DNA of 64,000 nucleotides from Escherichia coli (GTDB lineage Bacteria; Pseudomonadota; Gammaproteobacteria; Enterobacterales; Enterobacteriaceae): NCBI RefSeq assembly GCF_024502345.1, contig NZ_JALDNN010000001.1; one strand, 5' to 3'. Shown piece by piece: positions 1 to 10,828 of this stretch (position 1 is its first letter; each line of letters starts with the position of its first letter). The notes under the pieces were generated by a model. It saw only the letters and a program-made list of their open reading frames with translations, ran no database searches and was not told where the DNA came from. The position numbers and the translations under genes were made by a program.

Positions 1-364
1 TACTCACAAAGCACAAATCCACGTTGAAGACACCGAGCGTTTCCGCGCGATTGGCAACCCTGTTTCAACCATTGTTGCCGAACTGCTGGATTTCTTCCTC
101 GAATATCATAAAGACGAAAAATGGGGCTTTGTCGGCGCACCGCTGCATGACCCATGCACCATCGCCTGGCTGTTGAAACCGGAGTTGTTTACCACTGTTG
201 AGCGCTGGGTTGGCGTGGAAACACAAGGGAAATATACCCAGGGTATGACGGTTGTTGATTATTATTATCTGACCGGCAATAAACCGAATGCCATTGTAAT
301 GGTCGATGTTGATCGTCAGGGCTTTGTTGATTTACTGGCTGATCGTCTGAAATTTTACGCTTAA
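1..364 (+). CDS. rihA: ribonucleoside hydrolase RihA, 3' portion (5' end lies outside window)
   Basis: In-frame translation of 1..364 ends ...[17 protein letters not shown]-stop; track ORF 173..364 is the tail of this frame; position next to ybeL/leuS fits K-12 synteny. Confidence 0.8.
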   Translation, partial: THKAQIHVEDTERFRAIGNPVSTIVAELLDFFLEYHKDEKWGFVGAPLHDPCTIAWLLKPELFTTVERWVGVETQGKYTQGMTVVDYYYLTGNKPNAIVMVDVDRQGFVDLLADRLKFYA

Positions 365-380
365 CATTTATCAGTAATTA

Positions 381-411
381 AAATCACCACCTTAAAATGT
401 GGTGATTTTTT
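381..411 (+). terminator. rho-independent terminator downstream of rihA
   Basis: Perfect stem aaatcaccac / gtggtgattt with 8-nt loop followed by T-run. Confidence 0.6.
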
Positions 412-426
412 CCATATTCATTAATA

Positions 427-816
427 TCAATCAACTGTGACTTTTTTCCCAAAATCCTCTTCTGCAATCCAGGTTAAAAACGATGTATCGGCGCCACCTA
501 ATTTAACAACGCGATCATATAACATCATAACACCAAAATCATGTTCGATATCCCAGGAGCATGAGAACTCGAAACCAATATAAGGCTGGCCATTATTATG
601 CACCGATAAAATATGTATCGCTAATGGTGATAACAACTTTGAAAAATCCTCTTGAGTTCCAACATCTGGCATATACAACTCTTTTTCTTCCTCGTCATAG
701 TCATATTGCCCTTGTAAATCAGGATATTTTTTCATAAGTTCCGAAAGAATGGATGCCAAAATTTCAGATTGATGAACAATAATATACTGTAACCCAGTCT
801 TATGGCATTCGCTCAT
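427..816 (-). CDS. hypothetical small acidic protein (129 aa), second gene of a two-gene AT-rich insert
   Basis: Uninterrupted ORF in track; co-oriented 39 bp downstream of the 173-aa ORF; many D/E residues; no signal peptide or TM segment; not a K-12 gene at this locus. Confidence 0.5.
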   Translation of the reverse strand: MSECHKTGLQYIIVHQSEILASILSELMKKYPDLQGQYDYDEEEKELYMPDVGTQEDFSKLLSPLAIHILSVHNNGQPYIGFEFSCSWDIEHDFGVMMLYDRVVKLGGADTSFLTWIAEEDFGKKVTVD

Positions 817-855
817 ACATGAAGTTGGATCATCGCCACCAAGGCTGTAGTATAA

Positions 856-1377
856 TTATTCAGCCTCATCACCGAAAAAACTCACCCAGGATGATAAGAC
901 TATTGGTTCACAGACTCGGTCATCCTCATACTCTGGTTCCGACAATATTTTAGGTTCATCAAGATGACGGTTAAAAAACTCCATACATGCACGGTTACGG
1001 GTAAAGATATATTCTTTATTTTCATCATAACTACGTTGAAAATAGTTAAGCGCATCATCCTCTGCTCCACACGCATAAAGGCACTCACCGCGATAGTAAT
1101 TAACAATATAGTATTCATTTATTTTTCTGTTGACATGGTTATCACCTATAGTTAGCCAACGCTTAACATTTTCAATGTCTTTTAACTTAATATATTCATT
1201 CACCATCCTGCCAATAATGATATTGGCATCATGTATTTTATATTTTTCCTCATCCATGATGCTCCACTGACATTCAATAAATTCAATAATATCCGTTGAT
1301 GTAATATTGCTATTTTTGAGCATCGAGCGGTCCAGAAAACTATAAATCTCTGCTACTTTCTCTAACGCATTTGACAT
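856..1377 (-). CDS. hypothetical acidic protein (173 aa), first gene of a two-gene AT-rich insert
   Basis: ORF in track; AGAGGGA Shine-Dalgarno-like sequence ~7 nt upstream of ATG; AT-rich codon usage; no recognisable catalytic motif. Confidence 0.55.
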   Translation of the reverse strand: MSNALEKVAEIYSFLDRSMLKNSNITSTDIIEFIECQWSIMDEEKYKIHDANIIIGRMVNEYIKLKDIENVKRWLTIGDNHVNRKINEYYIVNYYRGECLYACGAEDDALNYFQRSYDENKEYIFTRNRACMEFFNRHLDEPKILSEPEYEDDRVCEPIVLSSWVSFFGDEAE

Positions 1378-1417
1378 AACATCCCTCTTAAATCAATCTA
1401 AAACTAATGCTAAATAT

Positions 1418-1552
1418 TTAAAATATTGATGATTCGGTAGAATGCATATTAAAAGGAGGAAGAGCGCCTGGCTCTCCCTCACGTGCTGTTAAAAAAGTTG
1501 AACTAAAAATGATAGATAGTAACAACGCTACGCTGACAGCCACTCTTCCCAT
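1418..1552 (-). CDS. candidate small ORF (44 aa) with signal-peptide-like N-terminus
   Basis: Hand translation: MGRVAVSVALLLSIIFSSTFLTAREGEPGALPPFNMHSTESSIF; AGGAA 7 nt upstream of ATG; below the 60-aa track cutoff. Confidence 0.2.
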   Translation of the reverse strand: MGRVAVSVALLLSIIFSSTFLTAREGEPGALPPFNMHSTESSIF

Positions 1553-1641
1553 GTCGACATTCCTGAATGTATTCCCTTTTTCTTCATTCCAACAGAAATG
1601 GTATTCGACATAAATCGCTAACAGCGTGCGAAATCATACTA

Positions 1642-2124
1642 TTACGGCTCGAACGGGCGTCTCTGGAACTGGTCATGACCACATTTCGGGCATAGCGTCA
1701 GCACTTCCGGTGTGTAGATCGGGAGATGGAAGTGACATTTCTCGCAGACCAGATTTCCCAGCCCGACCACTTCTCCGCTGTGATAAACCCCATGATGATT
1801 GAGGTCCTGGAAAACTTCGCGCCATTCAAGCTGCGTTTTATCGGTGATGTCTGCCAGCTCCTGCCACAAGCTTTCTTTAATCACCCGCATAAAGACGCTG
1901 TCAGATTCTTCTTTCAGGCTCTCTTCATAGCTCATGGCGAACTCTTCCAGGTCACGTCTGACAGCTCGCGTCAGCTCATCGACCTCGGTTCGCGTTAACT
2001 CCCCTGTTTTTATTACGCGCTCGCGCGCCTGTTCCACCAGTGCGTCGATATCACGTTCGCCATTGCGCAGGCGTTCGCTCAGTGACGCAACCAGTTCACG
2101 GTAATATTGAGCAACCTTGTTCAT
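1642..2124 (-). CDS. ybeL: DUF1451-family protein YbeL (160 aa)
   Basis: 160-aa ORF with CxxC...CxxC C-terminus, divergent from leuS as in K-12. Confidence 0.85.
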   Translation of the reverse strand: MNKVAQYYRELVASLSERLRNGERDIDALVEQARERVIKTGELTRTEVDELTRAVRRDLEEFAMSYEESLKEESDSVFMRVIKESLWQELADITDKTQLEWREVFQDLNHHGVYHSGEVVGLGNLVCEKCHFHLPIYTPEVLTLCPKCGHDQFQRRPFEP

Positions 2125-2358
2125 CGTTTCATCTCCCGGGTCGTTAACTGACTATAATAATAGACGTTCTTTGTTCCTTGCTTTGCTAATACGCCCACAA
2201 ACTCTGTAAATTAATGTATGAATAATCCGGGCATCATTTCAACGTCGAGTGCGCGAAAGGCTGTTTTGACGCGGACGTTTGGGCTATGCTATGCGGATCT
2301 GAAAAACCACCTCAACGCTACATTTGTAGCCGTATTGAAAACAGGACCACTGGCTGCC

Positions 2359-4941
2359 ATGCAAGAGCAATACCGCCCGGAAGAGATAGAATCCAAAGTA
2401 CAGCTTCATTGGGATGAGAAGCGCACATTTGAAGTAACCGAAGACGAGAGCAAAGAGAAGTATTACTGCCTGTCTATGCTTCCCTATCCTTCTGGTCGAC
2501 TACACATGGGCCACGTACGTAACTACACCATCGGTGACGTGATCGCCCGCTACCAGCGTATGCTGGGCAAAAACGTCCTGCAGCCGATCGGCTGGGACGC
2601 GTTTGGTCTGCCTGCGGAAGGCGCGGCGGTGAAAAACAACACCGCTCCGGCACCGTGGACGTACGACAACATCGCGTATATGAAAAACCAGCTCAAAATG
2701 CTGGGCTTTGGTTATGACTGGAGCCGCGAGCTGGCAACCTGTACGCCGGAATACTACCGTTGGGAACAGAAATTCTTCACCGAGCTGTATAAAAAAGGCC
2801 TGGTATATAAGAAGACTTCTGCGGTCAACTGGTGCCCGAACGACCAGACCGTACTGGCGAACGAACAAGTTATCGACGGCTGCTGCTGGCGCTGCGATAC
2901 CAAAGTTGAACGTAAAGAGATCCCGCAGTGGTTTATCAAAATCACTGCTTACGCTGACGAGCTGCTTAACGATCTGGATAAACTGGATCACTGGCCAGAC
3001 ACCGTTAAAACCATGCAGCGTAACTGGATCGGTCGTTCCGAAGGCGTGGAGATCACCTTCAACGTTAACGACTATGACAACACGCTGACCGTTTACACTA
3101 CCCGCCCGGACACCTTTATGGGTTGTACCTACCTGGCGGTAGCTGCGGGTCATCCGCTGGCGCAGAAAGCAGCGGAAAATAATCCTGAACTGGCGGCCTT
3201 TATTGACGAATGCCGTAACACCAAAGTTGCCGAAGCTGAAATGGCAACGATGGAGAAAAAAGGCGTCGATACTGGCTTTAAAGCTGTTCACCCATTAACG
3301 GGCGAAGAAATTCCCGTTTGGGCAGCAAACTTCGTATTGATGGAGTACGGCACGGGCGCAGTTATGGCGGTTCCGGGTCACGACCAGCGCGACTACGAGT
3401 TTGCCTCTAAATACGGCCTGAACATCAAACCGGTTATCCTGGCAGCTGACGGCTCTGAGCCAGATCTTTCTCAGCAAGCCCTGACTGAAAAAGGCGTGCT
3501 GTTCAACTCTGGCGAGTTCAACGGTCTTGACCATGAAGCGGCCTTCAACGCCATCGCCGATAAACTGACTGCGATGGGCGTTGGCGAGCGTAAAGTGAAC
3601 TACCGCCTGCGCGACTGGGGTGTTTCTCGTCAGCGTTACTGGGGCGCGCCGATTCCGATGGTGACGCTGGAAGACGGTACCGTAATGCCGACCCCGGACG
3701 ACCAGCTGCCGGTGATCCTGCCGGAAGATGTGGTGATGGACGGCATTACCAGCCCGATTAAAGCAGATCCGGAGTGGGCAAAAACTACCGTTAACGGTAT
3801 GCCAGCGCTGCGTGAAACCGACACTTTCGACACCTTTATGGAGTCCTCCTGGTACTATGCGCGCTACACTTGCCCAGAGTACAAAGAAGGTATGCTGGAT
3901 TCCGAAGCGGCTAACTACTGGCTGCCGGTGGATATCTACATTGGTGGTATCGAACACGCCATTATGCACCTGCTCTACTTCCGCTTCTTCCACAAACTGA
4001 TGCGTGATGCAGGCATGGTGAACTCTGACGAACCAGCGAAACAGTTGCTGTGTCAGGGTATGGTGCTGGCAGATGCCTTCTACTATGTTGGCGAAAACGG
4101 CGAACGTAACTGGGTTTCCCCGGTTGATGCTATCGTTGAACGTGACGAGAAAGGCCGTATCGTGAAAGCGAAAGATGCGGCAGGCCATGAACTGGTTTAT
4201 ACCGGCATGAGCAAAATGTCCAAGTCGAAGAACAACGGTATCGACCCGCAGGTGATGGTTGAACGTTACGGCGCGGACACCGTTCGTCTGTTTATGATGT
4301 TTGCTTCTCCGGCTGATATGACTCTCGAATGGCAGGAATCCGGTGTGGAAGGGGCTAACCGCTTCCTGAAACGTGTCTGGAAACTGGTTTACGAGCACAC
4401 AGCAAAAGGTGATGTTGCGGCACTGAACGTTGATGCGCTGACTGAAGATCAGAAAGCGCTGCGTCGCGATGTGCATAAAACGATCGCTAAAGTGACCGAT
4501 GATATCGGCCGTCGTCAGACCTTCAACACCGCAATTGCGGCGATTATGGAGCTGATGAACAAACTGGCGAAAGCACCAACCGATGGCGAGCAGGATCGCG
4601 CTCTGATGCAGGAAGCGCTGCTGGCCGTTGTCCGTATGCTTAACCCGTTCACCCCGCACATCTGCTTCACGCTGTGGCAGGAACTGAAAGGCGAAGGCGA
4701 TATCGACAACGCGCCGTGGCCGGTTGCTGACGAAAAAGCGATGGTGGAAGACTCCACGCTGGTCGTGGTGCAGGTTAACGGTAAAGTCCGTGCCAAAATC
4801 ACCGTTCCGGTGGACGCAACGGAAGAACAGGTTCGCGAACGTGCTGGCCAGGAACATCTGGTAGCAAAATATCTTGATGGCGTTACCGTGCGTAAAGTGA
4901 TTTACGTACCAGGCAAACTCCTCAATCTGGTCGTTGGCTAA
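2359..4941 (+). CDS. leuS: leucyl-tRNA synthetase
   Basis: 860-aa ORF starting [11 protein letters not shown]; HMGH and KMSKS class-I motifs present; track ORF from 2218 is an upstream in-frame extension. Confidence 0.97.
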
Positions 4942-4955
4942 GCGCGGGAGGAAGC

Positions 4956-5537
4956 GTGCGATATCTGGCAACATTGTTGTTATCTCTGGCGGTGTTAATC
5001 ACCGCCGGGTGTGGCTGGCATCTGCGTGATACCACGCAGGTTCCTTCCACTATGAAGGTCATGATCCTGGACTCAGGCGATCCGAACGGGCCATTAAGCC
5101 GTGCGGTGCGTAACCAGTTACGTCTGAATGGTGTCGAGTTGCTTGATAAAGAAACCACGCGTAAGGACGTTCCATCCCTGCGTTTGGGTAAAGTGAGCAT
5201 CGCGAAAGATACCGCATCGGTATTCCGTAACGGTCAAACAGCAGAGTATCAGATGATCATGACGGTGAATGCGACCGTGTTGATCCCCGGCCGTGATATC
5301 TACCCGATTAGCGCCAAAGTCTTCCGTTCGTTCTTTGATAACCCGCAAATGGCGTTAGCGAAAGATAACGAACAAGACATGATCGTAGAAGAGATGTACG
5401 ACCGTGCTGCCGAACAGCTGATTCGTAAGCTGCCAAGCATCCGTGCTGCGGATATTCGTTCCGACGAAGAACAGACGTCGACCACAACGGATACTCCGGC
5501 AACGCCTGCACGCGTCTCCACCACGCTGGGTAACTGA
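4956..5537 (+). CDS. lptE: LPS assembly lipoprotein LptE
   Basis: 193 aa, GTG start, lipobox ITAGC in signal peptide; directly downstream of leuS. Confidence 0.95.
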   Translation: MRYLATLLLSLAVLITAGCGWHLRDTTQVPSTMKVMILDSGDPNGPLSRAVRNQLRLNGVELLDKETTRKDVPSLRLGKVSIAKDTASVFRNGQTAEYQMIMTVNATVLIPGRDIYPISAKVFRSFFDNPQMALAKDNEQDMIVEEMYDRAAEQLIRKLPSIRAADIRSDEEQTSTTTDTPATPARVSTTLGN

Positions 5538-6568
5538 TGATTCGGTTGTACCCGGAACAACTCCGCGCGCAGCTCAATGAAGGGCTGCGCGCGGCGTATC
5601 TTTTACTTGGTAACGATCCTCTGTTATTGCAGGAAAGCCAGGACGCTGTTCGTCAGGTAGCTGCGGCACAAGGATTCGAAGAACACCACACTTTTTCCAT
5701 TGATCCCAACACTGACTGGAATGCGATCTTTTCGTTATGCCAGGCTATGAGTCTGTTTGCCAGTCGACAAACGCTATTGCTGTTGTTACCAGAAAACGGA
5801 CCGAATGCGGCGATCAATGAACAACTTCTCACACTCACCGGACTTCTGCATGACGACCTGCTGTTGATCGTCCGCGGCAATAAATTAAGCAAAGCGCAAG
5901 AAAATGCAGCCTGGTTTACTGCTCTTGCGAATCGCAGCGTGCAGGTGACCTGTCAGACGCCGGAGCAGGCTCAGCTTCCCCGCTGGGTTGCTGCGCGCGC
6001 AAAACAGCTCAACTTAGAACTGGATGACGCTGCAAATCAGGTGCTCTGCTACTGTTATGAAGGTAACCTGCTGGCGCTGGCCCAGGCACTGGAGCGTTTA
6101 TCGCTGCTCTGGCCAGACGGCAAACTGACATTACCGCGCGTTGAACAGGCGGTGAATGATGCCGCGCATTTCACCCCTTTTCATTGGGTTGATGCTTTGT
6201 TGATGGGAAAAAGTAAGCGCGCATTGCATATTCTTCAGCAACTGCGTCTGGAAGGCAGCGAACCGGTTATTTTGTTGCGCACATTACAACGTGAACTCTT
6301 GTTACTGGTTAACCTGAAACGCCAGTCTGCCCATACGCCACTGCGTGCGTTGTTTGATAAGCATCGGGTATGGCAGAACCGCCGGGGCATGATGGGCGAG
6401 GCGTTAAATCGCTTAAGTCAGCCGCAGTTACGTCAGGCCGTGCAACTCCTGACACGAACGGAACTCACCCTCAAACAAGATTACGGTCAGTCAGTGTGGG
6501 CAGAGCTGGAAGGGTTATCTCTTCTGTTGTGCCATAAACCCCTGGCGGACGTATTTATCGACGGTTGA
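5537..6568 (+). CDS. holA: DNA polymerase III delta subunit
   Basis: 343 aa; start overlaps lptE stop (ATGA); conserved synteny. Confidence 0.95.
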   Translation: MIRLYPEQLRAQLNEGLRAAYLLLGNDPLLLQESQDAVRQVAAAQGFEEHHTFSIDPNTDWNAIFSLCQAMSLFASRQTLLLLLPENGPNAAINEQLLTLTGLLHDDLLLIVRGNKLSKAQENAAWFTALANRSVQVTCQTPEQAQLPRWVAARAKQLNLELDDAANQVLCYCYEGNLLALAQALERLSLLWPDGKLTLPRVEQAVNDAAHFTPFHWVDALLMGKSKRALHILQQLRLEGSEPVILLRTLQRELLLLVNLKRQSAHTPLRALFDKHRVWQNRRGMMGEALNRLSQPQLRQAVQLLTRTELTLKQDYGQSVWAELEGLSLLLCHKPLADVFIDG

Positions 6569-6569
6569 T

Positions 6570-7211
6570 ATGAAATCTTTACAGGCTCTGTTTGGCGGCA
6601 CCTTTGATCCGGTGCACTATGGTCATCTTAAACCCGTGGAAACGCTGGCGAATTTGATTGGTCTGACGCGGGTCACAATCATCCCTAATAATGTTCCTCC
6701 TCATCGTCCCCAGCCGGAAGCGAACAGCGTACAGCGTAAACACATGCTTGAACTGGCGATTGCCGACAAGCCATTATTTACTCTTGATGAACGAGAGCTA
6801 AAGCGCAATGCCCCCTCTTACACTGCGCAAACACTGAAAGAGTGGCGGCAGGAACAAGGGCCGGACGTGCCGCTGGCGTTTATTATTGGTCAGGATTCAT
6901 TGCTGACCTTTCCGACCTGGTACGAATACGAAACGATACTCGACAATGCACATTTGATCGTCTGTCGGCGTCCAGGTTACCCACTTGAAATGGCGCAACC
7001 GCAATACCAGCAATGGCTGGAAGATCATTTGACACATAACCCGGAAGATCTTCACCTTCAGCCTGCCGGTAAAATTTATCTGGCTGAAACGCCGTGGTTT
7101 AACATCTCGGCGACCATCATCCGCGAACGTTTGCAAAACGGTGAATCATGTGATGATTTATTGCCGGAACCGGTACTGACTTACATTAACCAACAAGGCT
7201 TGTATCGCTGA
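6570..7211 (+). CDS. nadD: nicotinate-mononucleotide adenylyltransferase
   Basis: 213 aa, N-terminal [11 protein letters not shown] nucleotidyltransferase motif. Confidence 0.95.
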   Translation: MKSLQALFGGTFDPVHYGHLKPVETLANLIGLTRVTIIPNNVPPHRPQPEANSVQRKHMLELAIADKPLFTLDERELKRNAPSYTAQTLKEWRQEQGPDVPLAFIIGQDSLLTFPTWYEYETILDNAHLIVCRRPGYPLEMAQPQYQQWLEDHLTHNPEDLHLQPAGKIYLAETPWFNISATIIRERLQNGESCDDLLPEPVLTYINQQGLYR

Positions 7212-7234
7212 TACCTGTCGTTACGGAGGGCATG

Positions 7235-7846
7235 ATGCGACTGTGGTTAATTCGTCATGGCGAAACACAAGCGAATGTCGATGGTCTGTACAGCGGTCAT
7301 GCGCCCACACCCCTGACCGCGCGCGGTATTGAGCAAGCGCAAAATCTGCATACACTGCTAGATGATGTTTCCTTTGACCTGGTTTTATGCAGTGAACTGG
7401 AACGGGCACAGCATACCGCGCGACTGGTTCTCAGTGACCGCCAGCTCCCCGTTCATATCATCCCTGAACTCAACGAAATGTTTTTTGGCGACTGGGAGAT
7501 GCGACATCATCGCGACCTCATGCAAGAAGATGCCGAAAACTATAGCGCGTGGTGCAATGACTGGCAGCATGCTATCCCCACGAACGGTGAAGGATTTCAG
7601 GCATTTTCGCAACGTGTGGAACGCTTTATCGCAAGGCTTAGTGAATATCAGCACTATCAGAATATTTTAATCGTCAGCCATCAGGGCGTACTGAGTCTGT
7701 TAATTGCTCGTTTAATTGGCATGCCTGCCGAGTCTATGTGGCATTTTCGCGTTGACCAGGGGTGTTGGAGCGCCATTGATATCAACCAAAAATTCGCGAC
7801 GCTACGCGTCCTCAATAGCCGTGCCATCGGGGTCGAGAATGCATGA
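7235..7846 (+). CDS. cobC: alpha-ribazole phosphatase / histidine phosphatase family protein
   Basis: 203 aa with RHGE histidine-phosphatase motif (LIRHGETQ). Confidence 0.9.
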   Translation: MRLWLIRHGETQANVDGLYSGHAPTPLTARGIEQAQNLHTLLDDVSFDLVLCSELERAQHTARLVLSDRQLPVHIIPELNEMFFGDWEMRHHRDLMQEDAENYSAWCNDWQHAIPTNGEGFQAFSQRVERFIARLSEYQHYQNILIVSHQGVLSLLIARLIGMPAESMWHFRVDQGCWSAIDINQKFATLRVLNSRAIGVENA

Positions 7847-8087
7847 CTTTTCTGTTTTTTTACGGGTAAGCCGCAACGACCATTGACAGCCCCGGGCAGG
7901 CTGATATTCTCCGCAGCCAGACTTTTTCCGCCAGACACGACTTTGTAGAAATTGTTTTACAAAAATGGCGATGCAATCTGCGGCGCGGGGTGAGATGATA
8001 GCCCACTTTCGAAAGCCGATTCGGCGACAATTGTCCCGAAATCGCCTCTGGTTCAGGTATACTGACAGACCATTTTTATCTATTTGA

Positions 8088-8423
<336 letters not shown>

Positions 8424-8426
8424 TGC

Positions 8427-8894
8427 GTGAAGCTGCAACTTGTCGCCGTGGGAACGAAAATGCCGGACTGGGTACAAACCGGTTTTACCGAGTACCTGCG
8501 TCGTTTTCCGAAAGATATGCCCTTCGAGCTGATTGAAATTCCGGCCGGAAAACGCGGCAAGAATGCGGACATCAAGCGCATACTCGACAAAGAGGGTGAG
8601 CAGATGTTGGCGGCCGCAGGCAAAAACCGCATTGTCACCCTCGATATTCCAGGCAAGCCCTGGGATACGCCGCAGTTAGCCGCTGAGCTGGAACGCTGGA
8701 AGCTGGATGGTCGCGACGTCAGTCTACTGATTGGCGGGCCTGAAGGGTTGTCGCCTGCCTGTAAAGCGGCGGCTGAGCAGAGCTGGTCGCTGTCGGCGCT
8801 TACCCTCCCCCATCCGCTGGTTCGCGTGCTGGTCGCAGAGAGTCTGTACCGGGCGTGGAGCATCACCACCAACCATCCTTATCACCGTGAGTGA
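8427..8894 (+). CDS. rlmH: 23S rRNA (pseudouridine1915-N3)-methyltransferase RlmH
   Basis: 155 aa SPOUT-type ORF, GTG start, between rsfS and mrdA. Confidence 0.9.
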
Positions 8895-8924
8895 TAAGGG
8901 AGCTTTGAGTAGAAAACGCAGCGG

Positions 8925-10826
8925 ATGAAACTACAGAACTCTTTTCGCGACTATACGGCAGAGTCCGCGCTGTTTGTGCGCCGGGCGCTGGTCGCCTTTT
9001 TGGGGATTTTGCTGCTGACCGGCGTGCTTATCGCCAACCTGTATAATCTGCAAATTGTTCGCTTTACCGATTACCAGACCCGCTCTAATGAAAACCGCAT
9101 TAAGCTGGTGCCTATCGCGCCCAGCCGCGGCATTATCTACGACCGTAATGGTATCCCTCTGGCTCTCAACCGCACTATCTACCAGATAGAAATGATGCCG
9201 GAGAAAGTCGATAACGTGCAGCAAACGCTGGACGCTTTGCGCAGCGTGGTTGATCTGACCGATGACGATATTGCTGCATTCCGAAAAGAGCGCGCACGTT
9301 CACACCGTTTCACCTCCATTCCGGTGAAAACTAACCTGACCGAAGTACAAGTAGCTCGCTTTGCCGTCAATCAGTACCGTTTTCCGGGCGTCGAAGTTAA
9401 AGGCTATAAACGTCGTTACTATCCTTACGGTTCGGCGTTGACCCACGTCATCGGCTATGTGTCGAAAATCAACGATAAAGACGTCGAACGCCTGAATAAT
9501 GACGGCAAACTGGCCAACTATGCGGCAACGCATGATATCGGTAAGCTGGGCATTGAGCGTTACTATGAAGACGTGCTGCACGGTCAGACCGGTTATGAAG
9601 AGGTTGAAGTTAACAACCGTGGGCGTGTTATCCGCCAGTTAAAAGAAGTACCACCGCAAGCCGGACACGATATTTACCTGACGCTGGATCTCAAACTCCA
9701 GCAATATATTGAAACGCTGCTGGCGGGTAGCCGCGCAGCTGTGGTAGTCACCGATCCGCGTACAGGTGGGGTGCTGGCGCTGGTTTCCACGCCTAGTTAT
9801 GACCCAAACCTGTTTGTTGACGGTATCTCCAGCAAAGATTATTCCGCCTTGCTGAATGACCCGAATACACCGCTGGTGAACCGCGCCACACAGGGGGTTT
9901 ATCCTCCCGCGTCTACAGTTAAACCCTATGTGGCGGTTTCGGCATTGAGCGCCGGGGTGATCACGCGCAATACGACGCTGTTTGACCCAGGCTGGTGGCA
10001 ACTGCCAGGTTCGGAAAAACGTTATCGTGACTGGAAAAAATGGGGCCACGGGCGTCTGAATGTCACAAGATCGCTGGAAGAATCTGCGGATACCTTCTTC
10101 TATCAGGTGGCCTACGATATGGGAATCGATCGCCTCTCCGAATGGATGGGTAAATTCGGTTATGGTCATTACACCGGTATCGACCTGGCGGAAGAACGTT
10201 CCGGCAACATGCCTACCCGCGAATGGAAACAGAAACGCTTTAAAAAACCGTGGTATCAGGGTGACACCATTCCGGTTGGTATCGGTCAGGGTTACTGGAC
10301 AGCGACCCCAATCCAGATGAGTAAGGCACTGATGATCCTGATTAATGACGGTATCGTGAAGGTTCCGCATTTGCTGATGAGCACCGCCGAAGACGGCAAA
10401 CAGGTGCCATGGGTACAGCCGCATGAACCGCCCGTCGGCGATATTCATTCCGGTTACTGGGAGCTGGCGAAAGACGGTATGTACGGTGTTGCTAACCGCC
10501 CTAACGGTACGGCGCATAAATACTTTGCCAGCGCACCGTACAAAATTGCGGCGAAATCTGGTACCGCTCAGGTCTTCGGTCTGAAAGCGAACGAAACCTA
10601 TAATGCGCACAAAATTGCCGAGCGTTTACGTGACCACAAACTGATGACCGCCTTTGCGCCATACAACAATCCGCAAGTGGCTATCGCCATGATTCTGGAG
10701 AACGGTGGCGCGGGTCCGGCGGTTGGTACGCTGATGCGCCAGATCCTCGACCACATTATGCTGGGTGATAACAACACCGATCTGCCTGCGGAAAATCCAG
10801 CGGTTGCTGCAGCGGAGGACCATTAA
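8925..10826 (+). CDS. mrdA: penicillin-binding protein 2 (elongasome transpeptidase)
   Basis: 633 aa; N-terminal TM segment; STVK active-site serine motif; followed by rodA. Confidence 0.97.
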   Translation: MKLQNSFRDYTAESALFVRRALVAFLGILLLTGVLIANLYNLQIVRFTDYQTRSNENRIKLVPIAPSRGIIYDRNGIPLALNRTIYQIEMMPEKVDNVQQTLDALRSVVDLTDDDIAAFRKERARSHRFTSIPVKTNLTEVQVARFAVNQYRFPGVEVKGYKRRYYPYGSALTHVIGYVSKINDKDVERLNNDGKLANYAATHDIGKLGIERYYEDVLHGQTGYEEVEVNNRGRVIRQLKEVPPQAGHDIYLTLDLKLQQYIETLLAGSRAAVVVTDPRTGGVLALVSTPSYDPNLFVDGISSKDYSALLNDPNTPLVNRATQGVYPPASTVKPYVAVSALSAGVITRNTTLFDPGWWQLPGSEKRYRDWKKWGHGRLNVTRSLEESADTFFYQVAYDMGIDRLSEWMGKFGYGHYTGIDLAEERSGNMPTREWKQKRFKKPWYQGDTIPVGIGQGYWTATPIQMSKALMILINDGIVKVPHLLMSTAEDGKQVPWVQPHEPPVGDIHSGYWELAKDGMYGVANRPNGTAHKYFASAPYKIAAKSGTAQVFGLKANETYNAHKIAERLRDHKLMTAFAPYNNPQVAIAMILENGGAGPAVGTLMRQILDHIMLGDNNTDLPAENPAVAAAEDH

Positions 10827-10828
10827 TC

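Noticed and set aside
1441-1500. Strong AAGGAGG sequence on the plus strand at ~1452 inside the island
   Set aside because: No in-frame start codon at suitable spacing and no ORF of meaningful length follows; probably a chance purine-rich run
2218-2358. N-terminal 47-codon extension of leuS in the ORF track
   Set aside because: The recognised LeuS N-terminus begins at the internal ATG at 2359 ([11 protein letters not shown]); the extension is an open upstream frame, not the start
3295-4974. 559-aa ORF on the minus strand inside leuS
   Set aside because: Entirely antisense to the well-supported leuS frame, no RBS, Arg/His-rich composition typical of shadow ORFs in GC-rich coding sequence
9639-10610. 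323-aa ORF antisense to mrdA
   Set aside because: Shadow ORF opposite a strongly supported essential gene; no independent signals
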